Positions 12,621-26,767 of a DNA stretch of 64,000 nucleotides are shown in pieces (positions within the stretch are counted from its first letter, which is position 1; every line of letters begins with the position of its first letter). The DNA is taken from the NCBI GenBank assembly GCA_013239625.1, contig PNXV01005434.1, positions 186,001 to 250,000 of the forward strand, given 5' to 3'. The notes under the pieces were generated by a model. That model made no database searches. It was not told where the DNA came from and worked only from the letters and a program-made list of their open reading frames with translations. The translations under genes and the position numbers were made by a program. The stretch is from Lama guanicoe (taxonomy: Eukaryota).

Positions 12621-14569
12621 CAGACCAGCTACTGTGACAGGTCACAGTGGGGACTTCATTAGGAAAGAAGAGCTTTTTGGGTAAAAGACTGAGGTCTGAA
12701 TAGGTTTTGACTAGAGCAGCAGACCTTGATTGGGATGTTTCTTTTTGATCCCTCTTTGTAGTTTTAATGATTAGAGGTTTTATTTTTCTCCTTTTATGTT
12801 TTTACCCCAGTGACCCCGAGGAAATGCATTTCATGTCAGGAGGCAGTGAGTCTATGCTCCAAAGAACTGACGTGCAGTCTAGCCTAAATTACAGAGACAT
12901 TTTAGAGCTTTCTCAGTCTACCTGGTCTTCATGCCACAAAAGATGATGCAGCCAACCTTTTAAGGGAGGTTTTTGCGAAGACTGTTGCTCTCTTTCTTCT
13001 AATAAGCTCAATGCCTGAAAGAGTTCCATCTGTAACAGATCTGGAGATGCCACTTAGAACATACATTCTTCAGGGGCAGGGAGCTCCCTTTGGACAGTGG
13101 GAACTAGTTACATACCTCCTTGGTAGATGCTTTGTTCACTCTGGTTAATTAAGGACGTTGGCAATGACAAAACCATCCCCTGAGAGAAAGAAGTTCACTA
13201 TGTAAAATTTGACTGGGGTTCTGGTAGAGATGTCACCAAATCCTACATGGCTCAATCCATGCTTCCCTCCTTGTGCACAAAACCACAGATACCCACCAGA
13301 TGCAATAATATCCAGCTCTTATAACCTGTCCACAAAATCTACTTCCTTCCCCCAAAGGTTTTGAATGACTCTGTAAATTTTGAGGGGAGGATAAGAACGA
13401 AGCCTCTTCAAAACTGGTCTAAAGATGGGTCAGGTTATTCTGGGATTCTCCAGTATAAGGTCAAAAGTACTTCATAAAATAGATCACATGACAGAGGTAA
13501 AACTCAAAGGCTATTTCCAGTGCAAAAGTCACCTCCAAAGGCAGGCTCTATTTAGTGCAAAACTGAAAATTCCCAAAGATGGAGTCCAACATGGGCAGAT
13601 CAGAAATAAAAACATGGGGGCAAAACTTTATTACTCTTCCTTCCATCTCTAGGAGGTGAAAATCTGCTCTGCTTGACTTTGCCTAGGCTAAATCACACTG
13701 GCTGATATCTATTATAGAGGCATTTCTAGACTCACTGATGGGTAGAGCTGTCTTCCTAATTTATGTTAGGGAACAGATCTTCCAAAGCTTTGACAGTGTC
13801 CCTGAGGTCATCCTCTGAGCTCACTGCTCTCTGCCTGAGTGAGGGGAATGTTGCTCACTTATCCTTTGCATTTACTGGTAGATGCCTTCTCATATATTCA
13901 CAGCCCAGTGAGCACACATCTTAATCTGTACCGTATTTCAATCTCTGTGTAACAAAAGCTCCCATACCACCTACAGCCCTGGAATCTGTTCTTTCTTTTT
14001 CCTTTCCCTTTCTTTATCTGCTACTTTATTGAAACTCTTCAGTTTATTTTATCAAACCCGTTGTCTGAGACAATATGTACTGTGTACAAATCAATTACTC
14101 CCCTTTCTTCATCCCATTTAACAGTTTTAATGTTCTTTCCTCTCTCTCTCTTCTCCTCCCTTTCTTCCCTCACACACTCCTCCCTCCTCCTCATGCATAC
14201 ATTTTTTTTTCCTTTTGAACCTGGACCTATCCTGAATATTCTGTATTGAGAAAGGGCCAGTTATTTATGTTTAATCACATGAAATTTGTGACCTATAAAA
14301 ATAACCATCCCATATGGTTTATTAATAAATGTATAAAGAAATGATATGGGGCCACTGGCAAAGTAAAGGGGCAACAACTTTAGAGCTGTGGGTGCTGACT
14401 CATCCTGGGGACAGGAGGTGCTTCTCCTTCTCATGCAGGCACCCTGGATGTGACCCTGCAGTCCTCAGCGAGGTCAGCACCAGAGCGGGATTGTTGTCTT
14501 TCACAGCCCATTCTGATACTGATTTGTTCTCAGGGCTCGGAATCCAGTGGATCCCAGACTGAAAAGACC

Positions 14570-15509
14570 ATGTATAACTTGAGCTGTTACAACCCTGCTT
14601 CCTTTATCCTTGTTGGAATACCTGGCCTGGAGAAGTTCCACGTCTGGATTGGGATTCCCTTTTGTGTCATCTACGTTCTGGCTATCGCGGGCAATGGCAC
14701 CTCCTCTACCTCATTGCAGTTGAGGACAGCCTCCACGGGCCCATGTTTTTCTTCCTCTCTATGCTGGCCACCACGGACCTCATCCTGTCTACTGCCACAG
14801 TCCCCAAACTGCTCAGTAACCTCTGGCTTGGCTCCCAGGAAATAACCTTCACTGGTTGTCTCACCCAGATGTTCTTCCTCCACTTCAGCTTTGTAGTGGA
14901 TTCAGCCATCCTGCTGGCCATGGCATTGGATCACTATGTGGCCATCTGCTTCCCCTTGAGATACACCACAATCCTGACTCCTCAGGTGATTATCAAGCTC
15001 GTGGTGAGCGTTGTTGTGAGGAGCTTCTCTGTCATCCTGCCAGATGTTTTTCTGCTGAAACGGTTGCCCTTTTGCGGGATACATATCATCCCACACACAT
15101 ACTGTGAGCACATAGGTGTCGCTCGGCTTTCCTCTGCCGACATCTCCATCAACATCTGGTATGGATTTTCTGTGCCTTTCATGACTGTCATCTCAGATGT
15201 GATCTTTGTTGCTGTCTCTTATTTCTTCATCCTTCATGCTGTCTTTCAACTCTCATCCCTGGGTGCCCGCCAAAGACTCTCGGCACCTGTGGTTCCCATG
15301 TCTGTGTGATCCTCATGTTTTACACTCCTGCCTTCTTCTCCATTCTTGCGCATCGCTTTGGGCACGGTGTGCCTCGAAACATGCTCATCCTATTTGCTAA
15401 CTTCTATGTGGCCATCCCTCCTGCTCTAAATCCTGTAGTTTATGGTGTGAAGACCAATCAGATCCAGGACAAATTCGTTCTCCTCTTCACTTTGAAGAAG
15501 ACACAATGA
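14570..15509 (+). pseudogene. Olfactory receptor, class I, OR52H subfamily (resembles mouse Olfr651), with two 1-bp deletions
   Basis: MYNLSCYNPASFILVGIPGLE start, [48 protein letters not shown]. Frameshifts at about 14700 and 15275; the span is 940 bp (942 minus 2). Splice acceptor at about 14533. Confidence 0.88.
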
Positions 15510-16349
15510 GTAGGGAGGACCCCTGAAGGAGATATTTAGGTAAAATCAATTAGATGAAATTTTGTATAATGCAGGAAGACATAAGCATAAAGTTGTAACT
15601 ACTTTTAACTTGAAATTTTATAGCTCTACTCATGTACAAAGAATAAGCAGGAGGGAGAGGGGAGAAAGAAAGTCTTTGGGACTTCTAGAAAATCAAGAAT
15701 TTTCTTGGTTTAGTTTTTTCATCACTTGTGTGAAGAAGCTGATGATGGGTACAGAAGAGCGTTAAGATTAAGGTTTATGTATTTCCTATTTCTCGTTTTG
15801 AGATATTTGAAGGCTAGATATTTTCTAACATGCAATTCACCCCTGTGTTTCTCAGTTTCTGAATCAAAGACAAAGCCTCCTTCCCTTTTAAGTAGCTATC
15901 AATTCTTTCTGTTACGACTACCAAACTTACAGCTCACCCTTCAGTCCTGATTCTATATGTTATTAATCCCTCCTCCTCTGTCCTTCACTTGCTTTACTTT
16001 TTTTTCCCTACCCACCTCAAATTTCATAGAGTTGATTATCTTTTGCATCTGTTTTCTTCAATCGCATGCTTCAAAACTTTTTCACTACCCTTGGCCCATA
16101 TTTTACAAGTTTAACTTAATTTGAAATGATTACATTTAATTTAAAATGTATTTTAAAATTATATTTAATTTAAAAAATTTTAAATTTGATCTAATTTTAA
16201 AAATTAAAATCAAATTTAAAATTTGATTTAATTTAAAAAGAATTATGAAAAGGTAACATTAGGTAATTTATTTCACAAATGAGGAAATAAAACAGACTTA
16301 CAAAGACTACAGAAAGACAAATAGATATTTAAGATCCAAACCCAGATCT

Positions 16350-16870
16350 GTCTAAATTTGAGTTCTTTATCCAATTTCTTCCTAGATATCTACTCACTTG
16401 AATGGTTCCTAAACTTTTCAAACTTAATTTCTCCAAAACTGACCTGGAAATTCACTAACCTTCTCCCTAAAAAATACTCTTCCTTTTCTGTTTTCCTTTA
16501 TAGTAAATCGCACCACCACAAACCTGAAGTCTAACACCAGGAGCCTGTGGCTTCGCCCTTATCTCCCTTAAGTCACCCTCCAACAAAATGAACTCAGTAT
16601 TTGAGTTGAATATTTGAGTCTGAAGGGCTTACAAGTCATTACAGGAGATATACACATCATATTCTCACCTTTGTCATGGTCTTTCAGCCTATCTGGGCCC
16701 TTATCTATTACCTGTCTCTTTTGAGAGCATTTCAAAATTATCCTTTTCAAGGAGTTACAACCTTGCTCCATCCAATCCACTCTCTCTATAAAAGCCAGAG
16801 CGATCATTTTACTATCCACATACGACTGTGTCTCTTTGCATCTTGAAACTCTTCAACAGGTCAGTTGTTC
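16350..16870. mobile_element. Degraded L2 LINE fragment
   Basis: L2-like segments such as 'tagatatctactcacttgaatgg' and 'ccatccaatccactctctctataaagccagagcgatcatttt'. Confidence 0.45.
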
Positions 16871-19800
16871 TCAGGATCATGCATAAGTATTGTCTTTAGG
16901 ATCATTGCAGGGAATGGAAGACTTTAATAAAAAGAGCAACCTTCCATGAAAATCAGAGCCTTGCACTTGATTTACATTTATTCACACTTGGTGTATGTTT
17001 ATTTCTAATTAATTTGCTCTTCCCTGACTCTTTGAGCAAGTAATTTCAAGAGTGATGTTCTTCTTTTGTGTTATCATAGCCAGTGTTTTGTTATTTTACA
17101 AAAAACAAAAACAGAAACAAAAGAATCACAAACTTGGTGTGGATACAGCGTGTGTTGGGTGGAGTTGAGCAGAAGCCATATATGCTCCTCTTAAGAAACT
17201 GTCCCAGGATAAAAATACCTATTTCCTAAACTCTCAACTGGAAAAGAAGCCATATATTTAATCAAGATGAACATATTAAATTCCTTAGGAGTAAGAAGTA
17301 AAGAGTAAAACTATCATTCTAAAATAAGATCCTTTGTATATATGAGTGGTGATTTTTTTTGTTGTCTGTAATACTCTGTAGGCAGTTTAGAAGAGACACA
17401 TGAAGGGGCTGCTTTATTCATGCCACTATTATAAGCCATCATCTTATTTGCTTGTGTAATTATCTATCCACACCTATATTATGAGTACCTTGAAGGCAAA
17501 AACTTAGTCTTAGGCATCTTCTTATACCCTGTTTTATGAAAATACCTGACATACCATGTGCTCTCCAATAAAGATTTCATGCATATTCAAAATTCATCAG
17601 GAACCCCTTCCTCCACGCCATCATCTCTTGCCTTCCTTTTCTTTCTTCTCCACCCAATTTAGATTCCATTGTATATTATTTCAGTCAATGTTTGTTTATT
17701 CTAAACTCAGCTTGTTCTAAATTCAACTGCCTCTCTTATATACTCTGTTGAAAAAAAATTCCAGGAATCTTAATAATGTTAGCCCCATATTTTGAAGAAG
17801 TTGTAGAAAATGACCACGTTTGGGCAGACTGATGTTACTGTTAATAAATTAAGACAGTATACCACCATACTCACCAAGTTTCAGCTTCTCAAAGGTATCA
17901 GATTTCTTCCTGTTTCTTCTACTGTGCTTTTCTTTATTCTTTGCCTGGCAATTTCTATTTAGGCTTCAATTAAGAATCCTTCCTCGAATATTCCTCCTTT
18001 AACCCTGCACATTAGATTAATATCTCTTGTACACATTCTCACTGCACAATGTTCTTTTCATTTCAGGACTCATGACAACTCTAATAAGGCAATTGCTTGC
18101 GTACATAGTTATTTAATGTCTACTCCCTACACTGTGTCATCAAGGACCAGCTTAGTTTCTGCTGTGTTTACCATCACATTCTAATCACTTGCAAAGTTCC
18201 TAGTCTCGAACAGGTATGCAATAAGTACTTGCTGAATAAAAGAATTGAAGCAAATGAGTTTTAAGTAATGAATGAAATCCCTATTTTGCATGATGGAAAT
18301 CTACCTGGATTTATAACTCAATCTAATCAGAGAGGAAATTATGAGTAGTCATGGGGAAAGACTTATTTTATCCATAATAAGGTAATAGTTGTTATCCCAC
18401 TTATTTCTCAGAGCTCTTCTTTAAATGAAGCACTCCCAAGTTATTATTACTTTTACATAGACGTGGAAATGAAACACTCCCAGAACAGTTAAGTATTTTG
18501 TAAGAGCACAAAGGAAGAGTTGAGTGGAACAAGGGATAAATTCCACTAGACATTGAAAGTACACTTTCCTGGTTGACTGGATGTGAGGTTGTATGAAGGG
18601 TTTTCCTGTTGGTGGAATAAGACTATACCAGGCTGGTTATCTATGATTTTCAGACTTATATGTACGTTGTGTTAGATATTTGCCCCACACAAGTAAATTA
18701 CTAGCCTGTACTCTAAACAATGGGCTGAACACAAAGTTAGTGATGATTCTCTACTGAGGGAAGATGGAGAGAACTGCCAAGCAAGACTAAACATTGCAGT
18801 AAATATCTAAAAAAAAGACCTCTTCCCACCTGAGAAGAATGGCAGCCACAGTGAAAAATTTTGCCAGGGTTTATTGTCTAAAGCTAGAAGCAGGCTCATT
18901 TCAACTCAATGGACATTTATTAATCATACACTGTGAAATAAGCTTTTGCTAGGATTCAAAATAAAATGAAACAGTCCCTGCACAAGAAGTTTTAGGAGTT
19001 CTAGACTGGAGCTGGAGACATGGTAAATCTGACACTTGCCAGAGTTATTTTTTAATCAAATTACTGATCAATCTAGATCAAACCCTGCTGAGACTCAGAT
19101 ATGCTACCATTCTAGATTCCAAAATTGCCAAACCGCCATTAATATGAGCAGAAGTGTAAAAGTCCTAAGCTGGGAAGTATTAGTTTGGTTTAATTCTTGC
19201 TCATATCTTAGACTGACTTGGGGCCTTGGGACCTGAGACCCATATGTCCCTCTGGTTCAGAGGTTCTCTGTTCTAACGTGTCTTGAATCCCTGGAGAGGA
19301 CAAGGAAGTATATTTGCACTCCACTCCTCCAGGCACTGTGTTGGTTCTTCTCTACTGGAAGCATGATCCTATGTCCATCCCCTTTGTGGTTGTGTCTGTC
19401 CTTTCTGACCCCAGGACTACTTCTTTTGTTCTTTGGTCTTTTTTTTTTAATTGCTGTGTTTCTGCATTCTCTGGTTTTTACCCTTCCTTTGCAAAATGGT
19501 TCCAGGACCAGGACCTGCAAGGCATAAACCGGTGGTGAGCAACGTAGATCTATTAGGGAGTAAAGCTAGTAGCGGGTAGAGCTGATGAAAAATGAAGGTG
19601 GTGGAGAGGACAGAAGGAAATGGGGGGAAAGTGAGCTCCAGGAAATGAGAAAGGCTAAGATTAGAACTTTGAATATGGATTCTAAGAGGCAACGCTTACG
19701 GTAAGAGAATGGCATGAAAGAGAAGTGCCTGTTAGGAGCTTAACGGAGCTTCTCCCATTGCTTTCCCTAAAATGTTTCTAGGTTCTTCTGAAAGTCAAAA

Positions 19801-21039
19801 TGCTAATTGCTAAGGATGTAAAACAATTTAAAGAGAATCAATGGTCATGATAGACTTAGGACTGGCCATACCATACTAGGGCCAGCCACCTGGAGATTAA
19901 AATTTGACATGCCACCTCAGAAAGTTTTAGGTTATCTTATATGCGTAAGCATGAGTTTGTACTTGTGAGCGCATTTACGAATGAGTGTCTTGTTCTTCTT
20001 TTGGAATAACGGAGCAAGCACTAAGATGCCTACCCATCCTATACACCATGAAGGGGCACAAATAAATACAAAATGGAGTTAAACAGTTGCTTTCTAGAAT
20101 GGGTCTTAAACAGTCCTTCTGTGATTCATGGATATGCCTTTCCCTAAAAGGAGTAGAGGGGAAGTCTTCACATGGGCACACTTAGCATAAAGTGAGAAAT
20201 AAGGACAAGGTATGGATTGTAATATTTCGTGATCAAGACACTGCAGAAGGACCCATCCCATGTTTAGTTTAGTGCTGGCAGAGACAGAGCACGTGGAGAC
20301 AAAGGATGTGTCACTGCCTAACCTTGGGAGAGAGGAGAAAAATGCTCAGCAATCAATCAGAAAATGCATGTGACCAACCAAGAAAGTGATAGAAGTTTGC
20401 TATATAGATAGATTAGATTATAAATGTATTGAAGAGCTAAAAAGGAGAATCTCTTGGAATGTACAGATTGAAAAGAACGTGATGGGGATTATAGATCTGG
20501 TGAGGAAAGATCTTCTGTAAGGACTTCCAAGACTAAACACTATCTTCCTACCATGGTAACTTATCCAAGTCTATTAAAAATTCAATTGCTGCATTCAGTC
20601 CTTTATCTATTTACTTGTCAAACATTATTTTTGACCTAGTATATATAAAGAAGGGATGCTGGATATAGAGAAAAAAAAGGGACTCAGAAATTTCCTAGTG
20701 TAGTGGGGCAAGAGGCATACACATAATTATAAAACAAGTTTATACTTCCTAAGGGAGTTAAGATAAAGCTGTATCATTCTCTTACTGTAGCAGAAGGGAT
20801 TCATGGAGGGATATGTACTCATGTGAGTTTTGAATGACTATTAACTACTTGTCAGGGACCAAATGGGAATATCCATTCTGTGCAAAAAAGCACCATAAGT
20901 CATGCAGGTGTGTTAAACATGCTTTTAGACATTTCAAAACACTTAGACATGATTGTACCATGCAGTATATGGTGCAGTGTGTTGGTCAATAATGCTAAAT
21001 ATGTGGGCAAAAGCAAGAAGAGTTTTGCATGCTTTCATA

Positions 21040-21465
21040 CCAAAATCCTAGAGGGAAACAGAGTGTGCCAGAATTAGGGAATTTCAGGATAGTGTAATAT
21101 GGAAACCACTTTCAAAGGTGTGGGTAAGTGTAAGAAAATATCGGGTGCTTATGAAGTTCCTGGATTAGTGACAGCAGTTACTGTCACAACCCCTGGACTA
21201 AAAGGACAAGAGGAGAATACGGTTAGAAGAGAAACCCAGAACCAGAGAAAGCTGCTTGCAGAGACATGCAGCCAGTTTGCAGCAACCCTGCTGGGAGGGA
21301 GCTGGAGGAATAAACCCATGACCTCCCTCCAGTCTCCTGTTGGTGTTTCTCATTGCCAGATACAACCAGAAGTGAGAGGGCAGGGGAGTCTGTCCCAGGG
21401 CCCAGAACAAGATGGGAAGCAGTGGAGGGTAGACCAGAGGAAGATAACACAAGATATTCTGCACA
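21040..21465. mobile_element. Ancient ERVL LTR (LTR33/LTR16-like) inside L2-derived sequence
   Basis: 'ctccctccagtctcctgttggtgtttctcattg...aaccagaag..agagggcagggga' resembles LTR33-family sequence. Confidence 0.45.
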
Positions 21466-21765
21466 GCCTACACGAAGAAAGGTTATATTGGTATTAAGTT
21501 GATGATTTTCACATGTGAGAATATTAGGTAGCAATGCAGAGGTTTCACTAGAAGATGGAAATCCTAGAAGTGGGCATATGATTTACAAGCTATTTTAATA
21601 ACCCAAGAAAGAAATGAGAAAGGCTTGCTGTAGAATAGAATTGGTGAAAATGGAAAAGAGGCAGGAAATTAAATGGATTTTTAGGAGGAATAAATGGCAT
21701 CTGGGTGACTTTATTTCATTTTCTAACAATTTTTGTTAAGATAAAGGCTGGTTCTCTGCATCATT

Positions 21766-22716
21766 ATGCTTTCTGCATCCATCTCCAATGACACTGCCTT
21801 CCATCCATCCACATTTATTCTACTTGGAATCCCTGGTATGCAAGACCAGCACCTTTGGGCTGCCATCCGCTTCTGCTCCATGTACATCCTTGCTCTGGTT
21901 GGCAACGGCACCATCCTCTACACCATCGTGAAGGAGAGAGCTCTGCACGAGCCAATGTACCTCTTCCTGTGTTTACTGTCCCTCACGGACCTGGTGCTCT
22001 GTTCAACTACGTTGCCCAAAATGTTAACAATCTTCTGGTTTAAGTCCCACAAAATTTCCTACCATGGATGCCTCACCCAAATGTTTTTTGTTCATACAGT
22101 CTTTGCCACGGAATCCGCTGTTCTGCTGGCCATGGCTTTGGACCGCTATGTGGCCATCTGCCGTCCACTTCATTATACATCCATCCTCAGTGCCATGGTG
22201 ATTGGGAAGATTGGCCTGGCATGTGTGATCCGTGGCCTTCTCTTTGTGTTCCCCTTTGTCATTCTCATTGAACGCTTACCTTTCTGTGGACATCACGTCA
22301 TCCCCCACACCTACTGTGAGCACATGGGCATTGCCAGGCTGTCCTGTGCCAGCATCAAGCCCAACACCATTTATGGTCTCACCGTGGCACTCTCAGTCAC
22401 TGGCATGGATGTGGTCCTCATCGCCACCTCCTACGGCCTGATCCTGCGGGCCATGCTGCACCTGCCCTCAAAGGATGCCCAATTCCGAGCATTTAGCACT
22501 TGTGGAGCCCACATTTGTGTGATTCTTGTATTCTATGTACCTGCTTTTTTTCCCTTTTTCACTCACCGCTTCGGTCACCGAGTACCTCCTCATGTCCACA
22601 TTGTACTCACAAATCTCTATCTCCTCTTACCCCCTGTTCTCAACCCCTTGGTCTACGGCGTCAACACCAGACAGATCCGCCTGAGAATATTGGACTTTTT
22701 TACGGGGAGGAGGTAG
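21766..22716 (+). CDS. OR52U1: Olfactory receptor, class I, OR52U1-like, intact 316 aa
   Basis: Uninterrupted ORF with N-glycosylation site [53 protein letters not shown]. Resembles mouse Olfr654/Or52u1 from memory. Confidence 0.9.
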   Translation: MLSASISNDTAFHPSTFILLGIPGMQDQHLWAAIRFCSMYILALVGNGTILYTIVKERALHEPMYLFLCLLSLTDLVLCSTTLPKMLTIFWFKSHKISYHGCLTQMFFVHTVFATESAVLLAMALDRYVAICRPLHYTSILSAMVIGKIGLACVIRGLLFVFPFVILIERLPFCGHHVIPHTYCEHMGIARLSCASIKPNTIYGLTVALSVTGMDVVLIATSYGLILRAMLHLPSKDAQFRAFSTCGAHICVILVFYVPAFFPFFTHRFGHRVPPHVHIVLTNLYLLLPPVLNPLVYGVNTRQIRLRILDFFTGRR

Positions 22717-23499
22717 TTTACTCTCTCCACACCCTAAGGACGAACGGGGCAAAATTATAGTTAATTTTCTACTTTCTCAAGTACCTCTTATCCTTGGACT
22801 AGAGGTGCTGTTTCTGCTAATCTTAACAAGCCAGTACTGTTTATTATCTGAGAGTTTCTGAGGTGTTTAGAACAACATTTATACCTGCTAAATACATAGA
22901 ACACTATTTTCCTGCAAAGCTATTCGTGACCTTTAATGGCCCTGTGGGTCTTGACTCTCCCCAGGGAAAGGTCAGGAGGCAATGTAGTACATTTGATGGT
23001 AAGAACCATGGAGAGATATTCTCTTTATGTACAAAAATTCCATGTGCTGGAAGTAGAGGAAAAGTGGTCAAAAAAGAACTATTTACTTATAGCCTCAGGA
23101 AATTGAGAATAACACAAACAAACACACACACATTGATTGATTGACTGATTTCTCACACTTTCTTAGACCAAGAGTATTTATTTGCAGTAAGAGTGTTAGC
23201 CTTTGGCCAGAGACAGTATGAGAGCTCAGGGTCCTCTGGATCTGGGATTAGATTCGAAATAGATGAAGGTGACTGCTGGGTGACTTACTGTGAAGTCTGG
23301 AAGCACATATGTCAATGGGGAAGCCATGGCACAAGTTTCTCAACAAATTTCTTCAAAATGACACTTCATAGCTAATATATTCACTTTAGAGCCACTGATT
23401 ATCTTTACGTTTTTCCTGATACCGTCAGTGTGATAAACCTTACATGCAGATTATTTTGTGAGCCAATATAAATACATCCTGACTCTTTCTTTTTCTCAT

Positions 23500-24500
23500 T
23501 TAGTCACTATTTTGAGTATAAAAGAATCTCCAAGACACAGAGTTTCCTGCTAATGTTATGCAAATTGACATAATAGAACAATGAAAAGATAGAGGTTTAA
23601 GATCACAAAAGAAAAAAGATATTATTGTTAATCATTATTAACAAATGACATGATCTTTCTATAGAGAAAACTCATAAGACTCAAGATAGACTTTTTTAGG
23701 ACTAATGATATTTCAAGAAATTTGCTGAACTCGAAGTAAAAAAACAAAACCCCAAACTAATTAATTGCATTTTTATATAAAGACACCATTAGAAATAAAT
23801 ATTTTAAAAGTTATAACAGTAGCAACAAAATCTATGGTACTTACAGTTAATTTAACAGAAATGTACATGGCATCTATGTTAAACAATTAATAAATTAATT
23901 GAAAGATTTTTAAAGATCAAAATATTAAGATATATATTACAAAGTTCATGGATATAAAAATGGTAGAAAAATAGGAAAAGTGGAAATAGTGAAAGATAAG
24001 AACATACACTTATCAGAAGATATATGGACAATCAATTTATAAAACAAACCTCAACCATGGGAGTACTAAGGAAAATGCAATAAAAACCACTTTTACACCC
24101 CTCACATTGGCATATTTAGAACAAAACTCAGATAATAGTAAAAATTAGTGAGGATATAGAGAAATATGAATACCTATTCACTGCTAATGGGAAACTAAAT
24201 GAGCATCAACCACTTGCAAGATCAATTTATAATTATTTGGCCAAGTTAAAGATATGCATACCTCACAAACCAGAAACGCCATGCCTCAGTGTCATCCCTC
24301 GAGGCCACCCTGCACGAGTGAACAAGATAACCTTGTGTGAGAACATTAGGGTAAGCTCCCCTCTGTTTTATCATTATTATCTTTAGATGTTTGTTTATAC
24401 GGATGAATTTCAGAATCATTTTGGCAAGATTTCAAGCAAAACAAATCATTGAAATTTCCTTGGATTTTTCAAGAATTTATAAATGTATTTAAGGAGAAGG
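23500..24500. mobile_element. Old L1M fragments (mostly + strand; a short inverted piece after about 24350)
   Basis: A-rich degraded L1 ORF2-like sequence, e.g. 'acaaatgacatgatc', 'ccacttttacacccctcacattggca', 'tattcactgctaatgggaa'. Confidence 0.55.
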
Positions 24501-26767
24501 TATAGCCTTCAAACATAGTGATACTTTAGGTTTCTATATACACAGGAAAACAAAAGTATGTAAGATCTTATGAATTGGATACATACTTATCTCATATTGA
24601 AATGACATTATTTATTTGCTTCTTCATTCATTTATCCATTTAATTGACACATATATATGCCCACTGTGTGCATACACGATGCTAATGATAGGGACACAGG
24701 ATCTGGGGAGAAATGAGACTGGGGCTCTTGTCCCAGAGTAGTGTAATTATCCACAGGTTAAAGTTAGAAGTTTTGACTGATAATGGACGATCCTTGATAG
24801 AGCTTGGGGCATATTCTGCAAGAAAAGTTTCTTTATCAGTTGTATTCAGGTATTTGACAGTACTAAAGATATAATAATGGGAGCAAGGCTGGGAAGAAAT
24901 GGTTATGTTGGTTTGCTGCCTGTCATTAGAACCCCTCAGGGCCACCGTGGGACAGAGGGGAAAAAGAATGACTGAGCCCAGGACTTGTGCATGTTATTAG
25001 GGGAAGCTGTGTGGATGTGTCCAGGAGCAGGTGCATCTGTGTTTGCCTGTTTATGTTGATGTACTTTTTATACTGATGTTAATTGACCAGGCACGTTTAT
25101 TTTGTCATTCACATTCCTCTGTCACTGTTTCACTCTTACTGACCCCTGACTCTGAACAGTCTCCCTACAGAGCCTGTCTGGAGGCAGAACACACTACATC
25201 AGAAGTTAGAATCTGGCTCTCTGAGTCACTTCGGTTTGGTCTTCGCAAGACTTTGTGATTTGTCTTGTGCATTTGGCAACATGCTTTTTGACAAACTTTG
25301 ATACCTTGCTTCCTCTAGACTAATGAGTAAAGAAATATGGTCACATCTGGACCCAAAGGTTGAGAGGATGCTGGGACATGAGAGGCTATGGGTGCTGAGT
25401 GAGGGGTTGAGTATTGAAGAAAATGTCCCGGTGAGTGTCTGGAGCTACACTATTAGCCTGAGAAAAAGTTAGAGTAAAAGTCAGAAAGAGGCTAGGGCTA
25501 GATCAAACTGGAGGCTGCTAACACTATTTCACCAGCGTTTCCATCAACAGGGATTATACTTCTGACCACTTCACAACCCTGAATACCGCAGCCACGGACG
25601 AAAGCCCTCCCTGGCTGTCACATGCACATATGTATGGGAAGGAGGGCCTTTGGGATACCCAAATTGCCAAACCCTAACCTAGTTCCAGACTCAGCTTTTA
25701 GCTTCAACTCCCCCCCTCTCAGGCTTCTAGGCATGGTAAGCACTGGAACATTCCCACCATCCCTAAAGTCAATCAGCATTATCTCCTGGGAACTCAGGGC
25801 AACCTCCAAGGTCAATCTTATGCATAATAGTTGTGGTACCTGGTGTGTGTGTGTGTTTCAGGAATGAAGGAGTAACAGAGAGCTAATTCTGGGCACCCTG
25901 GGGGCCTTTACCGAGGTTACTTAAAGAGCCACGATTCTAGGTGCCTGAGAGTGAGGAGTGGAGAGATGCAGGGCCAGGAGTGTGCCTTTCAAGAGCCACA
26001 TGGATGCTTGTTAAGATATGCCTTCATACATGTGTATAAACTCATACACACATATCTGAAGGTGTGTGGGGCTAGCTTTGCACTCTCTCATTGCCTCACA
26101 TTCAGGTAGGTGATTCTAGGCTTTATATTCACATTCTGGTTGCTTCTTCCCTGAGCTTCAGGTGACCAGAACCCCATTGCCTACTTCATTCTTAATCATT
26201 ATTATACAGTTCTCATCATAAAGGTCTCCATAATTCCCAAATCTGCAGTAGATATGCACTCTTTAGGTGTTGGATAAGAATTCTACTGTAAGTTTTTAAA
26301 CCCTCATATTTTGTAAACAGTCTATTTTCTGACCTAGCTGACCTCTTGTTTGCTGAGAAAGGTATGTGATTTTTTTTGTCTATTTCTCTTTGTATTTCTA
26401 CCCATTTTTGTTTCACATACTTTGAGTTATAGTCTCTAAGTGGCTACGATTTCAAAAATAACATAATTTATTCTTGTAAACTTAATGGCGTTTTGTTAAC
26501 GAATAATGAATCAATTTGTCCCTAATAAAACACTTACAATGAAATATATTCTCTCAGATATCAATGTTGTTGTGCCGTATTATTACCACTCTAATACTAC
26601 AGCATAGTACTACACTAAATGATACACATTATCATGCTTTCAGAATCATTTTCATGTATCTTAATATTACAACTTTTGTTTCTACTCTGAAAATTTAAAT
26701 TCTTTTTAAATTGAGGCTCGTATAGTTTCTTGATTTCTCTTCCAAGGTGCTTCACCAGGGTGTCACC

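Noticed and set aside
13170..14420. O/E (EBF)-like sites such as tcccctgagag and tcctggggac upstream of the OR52H-type gene
   Set aside because: Degenerate matches that cannot be called promoter elements without conservation or TSS data.
1793..14500. Possible TRIMCyp-style fusion (cyclophilin A or another retrocopy replacing the broken SPRY exon)
   Set aside because: No cyclophilin-like or other recognisable retrogene ORF in the last intron or downstream; the region is L1, MLT and unique non-coding DNA.
21099..21534. Overlapping 88-132 aa ORFs upstream of OR52U1
   Set aside because: They fall inside an ancient LTR-like repeat and show no protein family motifs.
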